The notes under the pieces are model-generated. The model did no database searches and had not been told where the DNA came from. It saw only the letters and a list, made by a program, of their open reading frames with translations. A DNA stretch of 64,000 nucleotides from Raillietiella orientalis (Eukaryota), in assembly GCA_036172245.1 (NCBI GenBank), contig JAYWIR010000027.1, forward strand, positions 1,364,001-1,428,000. The letters run 5' to 3'. Made by a program: the position numbers and the translations under genes. This document shows positions 37,201-52,566 of the stretch, piece after piece (the stretch's first letter is position 1; each line of letters opens with the position of its first letter).

Positions 37201-40200
37201 AAGGGGCGATCGGGAAAGCGTCCGGGGAACTCGACCTCTGCTGGTGTGGACTGTTGGAAAAACGAAAGATGGGAGTTATGTCCCGGTCCTCCCTCCTCCC
37301 CATCCCACTCCTTTTTTTTAAAACAAAAACAAATTCTTCGCTGGTCAACCATTTTTTTTTTTTTTTTTTTTAGGCCCAAGAAGGGTGGGGAGGGTGGGGC
37401 GGAGGAAATGCTGAAATCGATTGGACGATTCAAGATGTGGAGGACCCCACGAGGAAGGCGGGAAAGAGCGAAACACAATCGATCCGGAAAGGTGGGGGGG
37501 GGGGGAGCGAGTAGGGAGCGCGCGCTCTGTTGGAGCCGCAGCCGCTGCCACCTCTGCCGAAATGAGAGGTACCTCCTCCGTCCGCGCGCACCGCCCCCTG
37601 CGGGAACGGGGAGAAGAGAGAAGCAAGTAAGCCCCTCCGTGGACTCCGCGCCAAGGGGTGACCCCAGCGTCGGAGTCTGTGGAACACGGGAAACCGCCCC
37701 GTCCGCAGCCGCTTACGCGCTGCTGATCAGGCTTTGCACGAGTCGAGGAACGGGAATGCGCGCCGCACGTCCGCGAGCAGGCCCTCATTTGCTCCCCACG
37801 GGGGGACCCGCTGCCCCAGAAAGAGGAAGCATCCCGGTGGTGATCTGGCCGTAGAACCCGTGCCACCGGGACGGCGAGGCACTTGGCAGCCCGGGCCTCA
37901 CCCGCGATCGAGTGTCGCTTAGGTGCAGGGTTGCCAGCAGAAGTTAATGCAATCCCACTAGATGGCCTTCGAGAACCCGAGATTTTTTCCAAAAAGAAAT
38001 CTGCAGATTTTAATACCTGTGAATTTATTATTATTATCATTAAATCCTTTAATGTCATTTAATCTTCAGATTGGACAGTACAAAAATAAAACGCAAACTA
38101 ACAGTCAATTGCGGATGACGTGAAACTTATGAAGCTGCACGTATTCGATACGTATGTAAGGAGAGCGGCGCATCGCCGGTCTTATTACCTCCTTATCACA
38201 ATTTAAATATCAAAATATTTTAATAATAAGGAAGTTTGTTATTAAAATACTTATCCACGAAGATCCACGAAGACAATCTTTATCAACAATGCAGTAATTT
38301 ATTAATGTGGCTCCACATCCGCCATGATCGAAAGAGGTTAGGAATTCTATTTCAGGCTATTTACAACAGCCTTAATTGGAAAATTTCCTTGCAACCACGA
38401 AAAACCCGTAAACTTCGACGGCCAGTGATTTAAAAACCGCTGGAATTCCCGTTCAGCAGGATAAAATGTTTTTTAGCCGCTAGGTGGTTTTCCCAAAACG
38501 CTAGAGCTTGAGGGAAAAACCGTTACGTTGGCAACCCTGCTTAGGTGGCGACGACACGCGCAACAATTGCGGGGAGGGGGGGGGGGGAAGAGGATTTTCA
38601 CCCGGTCACGCGGGGGCGTTCGTTTTAAAAATAAACATACAAAAAAGGAGTGGATATCTGCGAGCCTTGAAACATGGCGGCGGCACGACCGCCTAGACGC
38701 CGGCAGACAGCCATGCACAAGCGCCGGAAGATGAAGCGGACCCTCTCAGCAGAGGTTTCTCGTCGGACCCGCTAATGCTCAAGATCGTTCTCGTCCCACG
38801 CACGCTGACTTAGGAAGTTCCTGAAGGGGGGGGGGGTCTCAGGAAGATCTCTGGATTCTCAATCCCGAGCTGGAAGATGCAGAGGCCTCGCACAAGTGGT
38901 CCCTTCTGCTGACACCTTCCGCGGCAGCCGCACTAAGAGAGGGAGCGGCCCGAACGGATCCGAGCCGTCTTTCGCATGGCGACGCGGCGCCGAAGGAGAA
39001 CCGGCACGTGCTGGGTGGGGCTACTGCCGCACCGGGGAGCCAGGCGCCATCTCCGGGGTGCGGATGGCTCGTCACGTGGCCCAGAAGGCGAGGGTTTGCA
39101 CGGTGCAATGGCGCCTTCCCGCTCGCGGGGTCGAACGCGGCTGCTGCTGGTGCGCGCGGGTGTGCTTGGGGTGGGGTGGAGAAACCCTATCTCAGGGAAC
39201 TTTCCAGTCCCTGCATCCCTTTTCGCGCGTCCCCCTCCCCGCCTTTCGGAAAGCTGCGCGGCAGGCGCCGTGTCTCCCCCCCAGGGGTGTGCCTCATGCC
39301 TGCTGTCTAACATGGAGAAGGAGAAGGAGCTGCTCAGGATCTTTCTGCGTGTGTCCCAGATGGAGAACTCCCTGCTGAGGAGGATGAACCTGAGCTCCTT
39401 CCTCATGGTGAGTGCGCGCGCGCGAAACTCTCGCCACCCTGCTCCGGGGTCCCAGATACAAGTGGGAACCCCGGGAGTACTCGGGTAGCAGCAAGCAGCG
39501 AACAGGATCAGGAGTGGCGAGGAGGAGAGAGACTCGGGAGGATGGATCGTCTCTTCCTTCATTTCTCTGTCTCTTCGCCCACCCAATGGTTTTCCTTCGT
39601 CTGCAGGCAGCGCACTCGGGACCGGGTTACTAAGTTCTGTTGCTGCTTCGCCCTCCTTTTTCCCCTCCCCATTTCGGAATTCGCGGCGTCGAAAGCTGCG
39701 TCTTCTATCCCATTGGTTGTTGGGCGAGAAACCACCTGGACAGGAATGGGGGAGCGAGGGAGGGCGGGATGGAACTTGTCGCCTTCGAAGTGCGGGGGAG
39801 GGGGGGCGCTTTTGCTAAAGTCTGAAGGATAGGAGGCTCGAGGCGGAACCGGCAAACCTTGTGGTACGGCAGGAAGAGGGGACTGGTCGTCTCAGCGGGA
39901 AGGGAGGCTCTTCTTTCTTGTCCTCTTTGCTGCACCTCTTCCCAGCCACCCCTTCTGGGCAGGCGCCGATCCGCTGGCTACCTCTGTCGGCTGCCGGGGA
40001 TGCTTTAAATGTCCCGGGTCGTCCGGACAGTGTATGTCATGAAGCAGAGGTTCTTTACCCCTTTTTTTGCCTTTTCAAAAGGGGGAATAAGGAAGAGAGA
40101 AGGTAAGGATCTTTTCTTCTTTTTTTCTTGCGCGAAGCAGCCTTTACAGAGACTGCGAAGCGCGAGTTCTCAAACCGTCGAATCCCAAGCACGAAGTCCT

Positions 40201-43200
40201 GCGTGAGTAGCGCGCATCAGGAGAAGGCGAGGCGTGCGCATTCCCTCGCCCCTTGTCTCGTCCGCGGACATCGTGCTCCGTCAGCTTCCCTTTCGTTCTT
40301 GCTCAAGAACCTCTTGGGAGCGTAGGTGCTCCTCTACCGCGCCTCGCCCGTCCCTGCGTGGGTGCTTTGCGAGATGCAGACTGCGTTTACTCATCGATCT
40401 TTCTCCTCCTCCTCTCATCTCACGCTCTGCCGTCCACCGCTTCGTGAATCCAAACTTTCGCTCCTATGCCATCATTCTTTGCTTTGACTGATCCTGTTCG
40501 CTGCTTGCTGCTGCTGCGTCTTCTTCCGCCTTCCGGCCAGCTGCGGAACCCTCCTAAAAGCGGTCCTGCCTCCCTCTTCCCTCCTGTACAGACGCTTCTC
40601 CTCACACTGCTTTCTAAAGTTGGGACCTCCCTAATCATTTGATTTTTGCAGGTGCCAGTTCAGAGAGTGACAAAATACCCTCTGCTCCTGGGAAGGCTCT
40701 ACCAAGTGACTCCTGTCCACCATCCTAGCAGAAACAAGATAAGAAACGCCCAAAACAAGATCGAGCTCCACTTAGAGTACATCAACTCAGTAAGCAAAGC
40801 CTCTGGAATGCGCATCTCTTCGTAGCCTTAATTCCTCACTTCCCAAAGAAGGGCCTACTTCGCATCGTTTCCACACGTGACGCCGTTCAGAGGAATACCT
40901 GGCGGCTGTGCCGTCCCTTTAGCGCTCCTAGCGCCTCAATATCGCAACATCCCTTCGTAATTTCGCGCACCTTTGTCTATAGAAATATCTGGAAATCTAC
41001 GATGTGAATTAACGGCACGTGCCTCTCGCGTTGTAACTTTGCTGGAACGCTTCCATAGCAATTTTCTACTTTTTCGTAACGATCACCAAGGGACACATGA
41101 AACAAATTGAGAACATCACACTCGTTGCTGTAGATACTCCGCAGCCTGCAGGCATGTTTGTCAACAATGGCACGCGCGCTCTTGGCGATCTATTAACACC
41201 GTTAGCATGTCGCCTGGATACAGGTGTTTGCTAACAATGCAGTGCGCACGGCTCGCGATCTATTAATATGCCAGGCACGAGCGCCATTTTCAATTTGCTG
41301 GCACCCTAGATGTATCTATCGATCATGCATCTTTCATTTGTCAACAAGGGTTCGTGTACGGTCCCCAGTTCATTAGCACTGGAGCTCTCGGACTCGAGAT
41401 CGAGGATCAGTTGCGACAGACGGACAGTCGTCATGTTTCGAAAGTCCGTCGGAGACCGGGAATGAGGGATCCCGGCATCGAAACTGGCGCATAGTCCTTC
41501 CGTCTGACGCTTGCACTCTCCTGGTCCTCGCTTGCCTTCCATCGCTACAGTGCTGGCGCGCGCGTCTGGCCGTCCTGCCCGCGAATAACCCAGATTGTCC
41601 TTCCCCTTTCTTTAACAGGAAGCCAAGAATCTCACGTTCACCAAGTCCTGGAGACGCATATCGGTGAGTCCGTTCAGCAGGCGGAGCTCGGAATACAGTG
41701 TCAACCTGAACCTCCGAAAGGTGAGATTGCCCTCCCCCTTCTCTCCTTCTCTCGCACTCGCTCTCTCACTTTCTCGCCCTGTTTCTCCCCTTCTCCTGCT
41801 CCTCCGGATCCTACTGGTCGACGGATCCTGGCTAGGAATGCGACCAGCTTACGCTGTTCTCTGGCTGACCTCCACTCGCAATGTGATTGCAGCTCGCCCT
41901 GGACATCTTGGAATGGGACCGCGACGAAGTGAACTTCGTGCTGGAAGGGAGGCTCTTCTACACCCCCGTTAGCGACGGCATGGGCGTGTTCAGCCTGCAG
42001 AGGAGGAACCGGCTGTGGCGCCTCAATTCCGTCCTCACGGTGCTCGTGGCGCTCGGAAAGGTACCCAGGGAGGGAGGGAGAGGGTAGGGTTGTGTGTCGA
42101 TTGGCAAGCTACCCTCCACCTACTTTTTCTCAGGCTGACTGCACCTATCGACCAGATCTGGCGTCCCGGGCGATGTTCTTCCCCTCCAAGTGCGGCATCA
42201 AGGAATCCGCCCTCGTTCTAGTCAAGGAGAAAAGCGCAAAGCTGTTTCCCCTCAGGGTGAGGAAACGTCCACATCCTGACGATGCAGGGGAAGAGTTCGG
42301 AGGCTGCGTTTGCCGCGAGTCTCTGTTTTCGCTCCCGCTCCCTTCTCCAACCGCTTTCAAGGCGACCCTTCGCGGCACCCGGAAGGATCTCGGCATCTAC
42401 GAGAGATCGGTCGGACCCTACACGCCTCCTTCTCCGCGCCCCAAGCCCCACCGATCCTCTTTTTTCTTTTCGAAGAAAATGTTATTCCCCAAGTATGCGG
42501 GACCATCTTGTCCATTCTTCTCTACTCCGAATCTAACCTCGTGCCCCGTCCCTGCGAACGGGGCCGCGGCTCTTCGTAGACGCGCGTCAGTGGGGGGCGA
42601 AGAGAGAGCAATTCCACGGGAAGGCCGAACTGCGTCCCCCGGACCTTCCTGTTCTTTTCCCGCGGTCTTCTCCCATCCTCTCCCCCTCCTCTTTCTCCCT
42701 CTCCGCGTTTTTCTTCCCCCCTAGGTGCCGCTGCGCGAGGGATACACTCCCTTTCCTCCGGAAGGATGCACTCCGCCCCAGCTGGAACGCGTATGGCCTA
42801 GCGGGGCTGCCCTCACGTGAGAAAAGTTGCGAATATCTCCCGGCTTCACCCTCTGCACGTCCCTGCGCAGGGGGCTGCCGCAGCCTCCGCCGTAGCGCAC
42901 CGTCGCGTGCAGGACGCTGGCGTAGCACAGCCGACCGCCAGCCTCCACTCTCCCCAGAAGGGAAGGGAGGCTCCCTCCTCCCTCACCCTAACCTCTTCTC
43001 GTTCCCTTCCTACATCTCCACCCCTCTTGCTATCGTCAACGAGCTCGGTGCCTTTCAGGAGCCCTTCTTCCTGGACAAGTGCGTGGTCTGCCGCGGCGCC
43101 GACGACGACTTCTTCGAGATCCACGAGCACCACACGAAGGAGTCCACCCTCTTCAAGGTACACTGCTCCCGGGTCACCTGGAAGGGTGATGGTGGCGGGA

Positions 43201-43382
43201 GGACCTGGCCGTGGACCAGGCGACGGCTGCAGAAAAGTCACTCATGGGTCCTTTTTCTTCAGGGAGACGACGAGAAACAGACGCAGGCGTGGTACCAGCA
43301 GATCCGTTACCACTGCCAGGGGATGGGTTCCTGGAGGAAGAGGCGCAACGCCATGGCCAACATCATGATCTACCGGTCCTGA
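19233..43382 (+). CDS. Dbl-family Rho guanine nucleotide exchange factor (long disordered N-terminus, DH domain, PH-like domain), ~1475 aa, 12 coding exons
   Basis: Phase-consistent exons: 19233-19283, 20627-22469, 25620-26860, 33038-33090, 34781-35147, 39285-39407, 40652-40789, 41619-41720, 41893-42060, 42134-42256, 43059-43157, 43263-43382 (TGA); total 4428 nt, all GT-AG. DH motifs: RKEIINEIIETEIKYGRDLKVI, AIFLNLSELIDVN, LSSFLMVPVQRVTKYPLLL. PH-like end: FKGDDEKQTQAWYQQI. The DH-PH exons are solid; joining of the first four exons rests on splice signals and phase only. Confidence 0.85.
19705..19835 (+). pseudogene. Intronic diverged duplicate of RhoGEF coding segment ~21607-21733
   Basis: GTCAGGAGGACGC...GGTGGTCGAG...GAGGATCCG...CAGGAGAC...GTGCTCCAT.CGGGTGGA.TTCCG is shared; a 5-nt insertion frameshifts the copy. 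Confidence 0.85.
22975..23265. repeat. TAGAA-rich degenerate minisatellite
   Basis: Repeated TAGAA(C/T) and AGTGC motifs in an AT-rich island. Confidence 0.45.
24996..25070 (-). mobile_element. tRNA-derived (SINE head or pseudo-tRNA) fragment
   Basis: Minus strand has A-box-like TGGTACTGTGATG and B-box GGGTTCGAAT at tRNA-like spacing, but the T-stem and acceptor stem do not pair. Confidence 0.4.
28270..28981 (+). mobile_element. Repeat family A copy: SINE-like element with tRNA-like head
   Basis: B-box GGTTCGAATCC at 28321 and a second B-box-like GGGTTTCGAGTTCCC at 28384. The body aligns by eye with the reverse complement of 60055-60753 and 5459-6190 (e.g. CTCCGGGG...TCCAGGACATCAAG, TTCCTCCGGAACCCTTCC). 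Confidence 0.7.
29020..29600 (+). mobile_element. Degenerate LINE ORF2 post-RT remnant
   Basis: RRIRWCWTSGSSAG, LAYVAA and RWAWEAGK relics in the order expected after an L1/Tx1 RT domain. Confidence 0.35.
29099..29139. repeat. Perfect 18-bp hairpin with 5-nt loop
   Basis: CGCGGAGGATCCGCTGGT-GCTGG-ACCAGCGGATCCTCCGCG. Confidence 0.95.
30405..30635. repeat. Degenerate tandem repeat, about 4 units of 50-73 bp
   Basis: GTCA(G/T/C)CGAC(G/T)TGTG...TATTTT recurs at ~30408, 30481, 30534 and 30584. Confidence 0.7.
30850..31680 (-). mobile_element. Possible LINE ORF1 (zinc-knuckle) remnant
   Basis: RACSVVGTH-type CxxC..GH relics. Similar relics occur on minus at ~35950-36400 and ~7290-7450. Weak evidence. 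Confidence 0.25.
37926..38539. mobile_element. Non-autonomous hAT-type DNA transposon (614 bp) in a RhoGEF intron
   Basis: Perfect 11-bp TIRs CAGGGTTGCCA / TGGCAACCCTG, perfect 8-bp TSD CTTAGGTG (37918-37925 and 38540-38547), AT-rich non-coding interior. Confidence 0.9.
41153..41270. repeat. Two-unit imperfect direct repeat (~70 bp period)
   Basis: TGTTTG..AACAATG...GCGATCTATTAA occurs twice. Confidence 0.6.
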
Positions 43383-45114
43383 GGTCTCCATCTCCCATGC
43401 CAGGGGTGCCCCTCCCAATACACGAGACCTTTGGGGACTGCGCCCCTTCTCTCCTCTCCTGCCCTTCTCCCACCCTTCCCTCTTGTGATGATGAAAAATA
43501 TATATTTTGATACGCAGAGAGGGAGACGAACTTTCTCATTTTCCTCGAAAGTTTCGTGTTCAGCAGGGTCCCAACACTCCCTCTGTTCACGGGCGGGCGC
43601 AAGGGAAAAGGCGGACGCAGAGGAAGGATGGTGCTGGCGGACGACAGACGGCGAGAGGGAGGAACGTGAAGAGAAGGATCGACATGACGGGAGGCGAGTT
43701 GAAACCAGGAGGAGGAGGAAGGCGGGAGGGAGGAGGATCTTCTTCAGGAGCGTCTATCGAGCCTGCGAGAGGCAGGAAGACCTGAAGAGGGTGCCCGAAG
43801 AAAGCAGTCAGCGCGCCTCTTCGGCTCCGCGTGCAACCGTTTCTCTCCGTTCTTACCGATGGCCCTTCCCTCCGCAGGTCTTTTTGTCCTCTGTCTCTGC
43901 ATCCCTGGGTCACAGCGGACCGACGGGATGTCTCCGACGGACTCGCAGAGACTACCGGACCGCGGACAGCTTGGCGCCTCCGCAATCCGCCCGATGGAGC
44001 TCTTTCCTGAGCGGAGGTCGCAGCTCCACACCCGGAGGGAGGATTGGAGTCCTCCCCCGGTCCTCTACGTTGTTCATCTTCCTCGCGTGCTTCCTTCCCC
44101 TTATTTTTGTTCTTTCCTGTCCCGTCGTCGCGTACACCTCGGTGGTCTCTCAGCGTCTCCCGGCGGGCGTGCCACGCACTACGGACGCTCTCGTAGCGGG
44201 TAGCTTCTCCCGAACGCCGCCTCAGCTGATCGTGGCGTCGCGCTCTCCGGTTCCTCCTCCTACAGGCCTGCGTGCTCAGCTGAACTTTCGGTTTTCCCGC
44301 TCCGAGGAGACTGCTTTCAGCTTCTTCTGAGGAGGGAAGACCAGTGGGAGAAAGCCTTCACGGATGTCGGTTTCTGTACGGCGGCGCGCCGACCAGTGTC
44401 GAACCCTGCGACTGCCGGACGACGGACCTACCCAGGACAGTTTATAAATTCCTGTGAGAGGTCAGAGGAGAGCTCGTCAGGGCAGGGATTGCCAACGGGC
44501 GGCGGAGGAGGAGGAGGAAAGCCGGAAGTGAAGTCGCCCGCCGGCGCCACGAACGACGACGTCTGTGCGCCTCCCGCTCGTGGTCGCGTTCTCTCTGCGC
44601 GGAGGCGTGCACCCGTCCTGACAGAGCGGGGGAAGTTCCGGAGAGAACCCGCGGTCGCGGATCCGAGACCGGGAGGGATGGGAGGAAGGAAGAAGGGGAG
44701 GCAAAGTCCTGCGCGTCTAGGCCGCTCCGACCCCCTCCACCCCATTCCGGAATGTGGGCGGCGCTCTAGGCATGCATGCCGCGACGGAAGCGGGGAAGAA
44801 GGACGAGGAAGCCGCGCGGGACTATGGTCCTCCCAGGACCCGACGTCCACCGGTCCATCGAAGCACCCTGAAACGGGGCGACCACCGCCGCTTTGTAAAG
44901 TGGGTTGCTGTCTCCTCCTCCCTCTCCCCCCACTCCTTACCTCCGCTTCACTTCCTGGCGCCCTCGCCGGAGAGGTCGCAGCGCACCTCCGAGACGCCCC
45001 CACTCACCTCCGCGAAGCCTCTGTTGCTTCGGTCGTAGCAACATCTTCAACTTGACGTGTGATTTGATTGATGAACACCTTAAATATTTGCATTGTTGAT
45101 GCGTGCATGAGGTG

Positions 45115-45560
45115 CGTCGTAGGTTTCGAGCCGCCCCCACAGGATGACGCTGGGTGGCCTGTAGTCTTGGGGTGCGGCCGCACTGGCGGAAACCAGGAAG
45201 CGGACGCCTCCGTTGAGCGGCCGGGATTGGAAGCGGACCCTCCGGGGTTACCCTCCGGCTGGGCAAATGGAGCTGTCCATCTCGTTACCATGGAGCTGGT
45301 GGATCGATACCTCTCTAGGGAGTGAAGAAGTGCGCTTCCCCCCTTGGGGAGCGCCCTTCTGAGAAATCGAGAGGCGTCCCTTCAGGACTCTCTCCGAAGG
45401 AAACTGAGAGCTCTTCCTCCGGAGTGAATCACGAGCGGCCCCTCACGAGCAGGGGGTCCCACCGGAGGGAATCAGGAATAGGTGGTTCCCCTTCGGAGAC
45501 AACCAGGGACAGGGTTCCCTTTCAAGAGTCAGAGAGGAACGGGCGCCTCTCTCCGGCCCG
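45115..45560 (+). mobile_element. Repeat family A partial copy
   Basis: CCGTTGAGCGGCCGGGATTGGAAGCGGACCCTCCGGGG matches the family body; only the second B-box-like motif (45121) is retained. Confidence 0.55.
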
Positions 45561-46989
45561 ATCCTTCCTGAATTCATAGGGTTGCCCCCAACCGAGTCAC
45601 ACGCAACCTCGGAAGGTGTTGGCAGCGCTTAGAGAACATTGTGAGCCACCATGTGGCGCCATCGTCGAGTTCTTCCATGACCCCCTAAGGTGAAGAACCC
45701 TCCCTCCCGACAAGGAAAAAAGAAAAAAAATCACCCTTTTTAGTATGCACATTGTATAACTGTGGAACGAAGCTGCTGCCACCCATCCCTCCTCGCGTGA
45801 GGACACAGCCTAAGCGACCCCCTAGGGGTGGTGGTCCTCGTAGTCAAGATTTCCGGCCCGCATACTTGCTGCCGATAGTATCTTTCGGAGCGATGGCGCA
45901 TTTCCCGACCGCCGCTTCGGAAGGCACTCATTTCGGCAGTCCGGAGAAAGTTGCGGAGCCAGGTCGCACCTCCGGAGGGCGATCCGGCTGTCCGGACCTC
46001 GGCGCGGAAGCTCCGAGAGGGATGGACGCGCTCCTTTGAGGTGGTGGCGACCCTGCGCGAACCGCCGCCGGAACGCGCGAGAGGGGAGCGCGTGGGCTGC
46101 AGCTTCCGGCAACGATGCTGATGTCGCTGCCGCCGCGGGTCACTTTGTCTTCGCAAAACCGCGGCATCTGTTGGCAAGAAGCGGAGGTCACGGAAGCAGC
46201 ACCGTCAAAGAATGAAGGTGAAACGCACATTTTTGTCATTGGCGATTCTCCGGTTGATCCGAAATCGCCTCATCCGAAAGAAAAACAGAGAGAAGAAGAA
46301 GGAGAAATCGTCCGATCTCCGGAGCATCTCGCGATCGATTTAATTTTGCTCCATCAACTCGTGCAGAATGAAAACCGAAACCAAAAAAGCATGTCCGTGA
46401 ATTGTGCGTGCAGTGGAAGTCGCAGGGAGACTCACAGAGTCCTCAGAGAACGAAGCGGTGGCGCGGGGTTTATGATATGAGAAACAGGAGAAAAGCTGGA
46501 GGTAAGTTTGAAGAACTAGAAAGGACAGGGTTGCTTTTTCCTCCCAGCTGCTTGCCCCGTTTTAGTGAAGTATCAGAGTCTAATTTGCCTCATATGAAGA
46601 TGGAAGTCAACGGCGATCAGATGAAGAAGTGTTCATGAATTCATTTCCCAAGGACGTGCATCTCTGCATCTCCGTAGGTGAAGAACACAAAGAGGACACT
46701 CTTTGTATGGTTGGTTCATCTTCGTCACTCTGTAGCCGAAGAACATCAGCATCATCTGGTGGATGTCCTTCTCTTTACGTTGGAAAGGCATCGGCCTTCC
46801 GGCTAGGCTCAGAATGTGGTGTCCCTGATAGTCTCGTTTAGAACGGCTCCCTGCTGCCGTTTCGTGACTATCGGATTTAAGCGTTCTTATCAGCTCTTGA
46901 CATCTGATACTCCTTGAATGGATTTATCGATACATACACATGATGCAAATGAAGATATCGAAGTTACTGATAGCCAAGCTCAGAGTTAC

Positions 46990-47672
46990 TTTGTATCATT
47001 CTGTTCCGAAACTTCGTTGTTGCAGTTCGTAAGATTACCCAACTTGCCAGGATTCTTGTTTTTCAGCATCCAAAAGAGGGCAACTGCAGCTTTGGAGTAC
47101 AACTTTTTGAAAGCTATTATGATTAACTTCTGTGTTGGTTTGCAGTTGCGCAAATGCTCGAAATGTGGACAGAATGTGTTGCCTGCCTAAACAGTCCTAA
47201 TCGGAGACTTCTAGCATTTTCCGTATCCCGGATTTCTGCAGAAATGAATTCGCTTGCTGGTTCTACCGAAGGCTTCCAAACTACCCTGGGGAATCCAAAA
47301 CATAAATAGATTTGATATGTGTATATAAACAGCGAATACGATGCATGAATATTCAAAAAGATGCTTATTCTCGAATTTATTAAAAGTACACCTGAGAAAT
47401 GAAACTAGTAGAAAATCTCAATGATTTTCAAACGGGGTGAAGCATACCAGAACAAGGTGAACACGAATTTGGCCTTCTGAATACTATTATGTACGGTGAC
47501 GTAAAAATCATATCGATTAACATACGAGTCGTAAAGGAATCACGCACAATGCAACTGGCCATGATGGTGTGACTAGAATTTTAAAGAAACTCTTTGAAAA
47601 AACTAAAAAGCACTGCCTAGTTTTTAAATCAATATCCGCATCCAAACCAACAAATCCAGTAAAGCATGCCAT
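46990..47672 (-). CDS. Tentative micro-intron gene, N-terminal beta-rich domain followed by a helix (PH-like); 3' part unresolved, probably continues to ~46600
   Basis: Exons 47672-47617, 47572-47526, 47476-47448, 47404-47340, 47285-47183, 47129-46990, separated by 44, 49, 43, 54 and 53 nt introns, give an open frame MACFTGFVGLDADIDLKTSHTIMASCIVRDSFTTQGQIRVHLVLFHFSGVLLINSRISIFLNIHASVVWKPS...RSLRLGLFRQKLIIIAFKKLYSKAAVALFWMLK. Two of the five introns require GC donors. Confidence 0.45.
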
Positions 47673-48707
47673 GCTAACAAATGAATTCAAAGGAAAGCCA
47701 AAAAAAATTCAAAAACACTAATTTGGCTATGGAAAGTAATGTGGGAAAATCTTGCACCGAAAACCTCGTTCATTGCAGTTTTTGCTTAATGGATCTCTCG
47801 GTGCATGGCAACACATGAAACGAATACCAGGAAAATCATTCGACATGAAAGGGTGCACATTGCGTCTACTGAAGCCGAGCACAAACTGGTCGGATTGCTG
47901 CCATTACACAGTTGCCTAGAATGAACTCCTCATTGGAGAATATTCAAAGGGGTCATTGCATCTCAAGAAACGAGGGCTGAGGAGACAGCCGGCATCAATT
48001 TGGGAGCATTCTGCCCCCTCCCCCCTCTCCCCCCGAATACTCCCATGATCATACTTCTCGATATGCTGTGGTCAGAATTGACGGTCCACTGAACAGATCG
48101 TACACTGATCTGCTCCTCTTGAATAAATTCAGCATGTGTGCAGACGTCCACAACTTGCGATAGGAATGATGGTACTCAGGTCACGGCTCGTACGACTTGA
48201 AAACGTTCGGCATGAAAAAAAAGAAAAGAGTGATGGGAGCTCTGATCAAGCCGACAGATTCAGCACCTTTTCGAGCACGTTTCACCCGAAAGTGACAAGG
48301 CGGAAAGTGTTAAATGTTTGCAGAAGATGCAATCCAAGCCGGCCGGCACTACAGTGTACGTATTAGGGCTCGTGGCAAAAGGCCGTGTGGTGTTGAGTGG
48401 GAGGAGGGGGGGGGACATGCTGTTACCCGGGTCACGAGGATGCAGATGGGATGCCACGCAAATGTGCGGTACACAGCAATTATCGATTCATGAGAGAATT
48501 GTTTTTGTTATTCCTCGTGCCTGCAAGGGAAGGATGACGAGCATAAATTGAAGGAAAATACAGGTGGTGTCCGGAAGCAGCTAAAGCCAGTTCGCTACGT
48601 GAAAGCGTGGCACAAAATAAAAATCTGTGTACTAGCAAGCATGTGGGGAGCCAAAACACCAGTGATAATTTTTTTTTCATGATAACTTTTTTCCTTTTCA
48701 GACGAAA

Positions 48708-52260
<3,553 letters not shown>

Positions 52261-52275
52261 TATAGCAAGCTGAGC

Positions 52276-52281
52276 AATAAA
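52276..52281 (+). terminator. Poly(A) signal of IMPDH
   Basis: AATAAA 15 nt after the stop codon, with a GT/T-rich tract downstream. Confidence 0.7.
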
Positions 52282-52566
52282 TGCTACAAATTCACACTTG
52301 TAGAAGACAAATACTGACTAGTTGTTTTGACTGTATGCTTGCATGAGGTGGAAGGCCTTGCCATCTTGCAGAGATTTTGTACCACCTAAACATTTTAACA
52401 ACTGTCGAGTTTCCGAAAAATGCGTCTTTTGTTGTGTTCTTTAGGTTCAATTTTTCCTAAAGTGCTGCAGGCTGGAACGCCCACAACGTGTGCCCAAATT
52501 TAGAGGACCACAGGTTGCCTGATTCTGTTGAAAGTTGATCCGTTTTTGTCCTGCGAAACGATCAGA

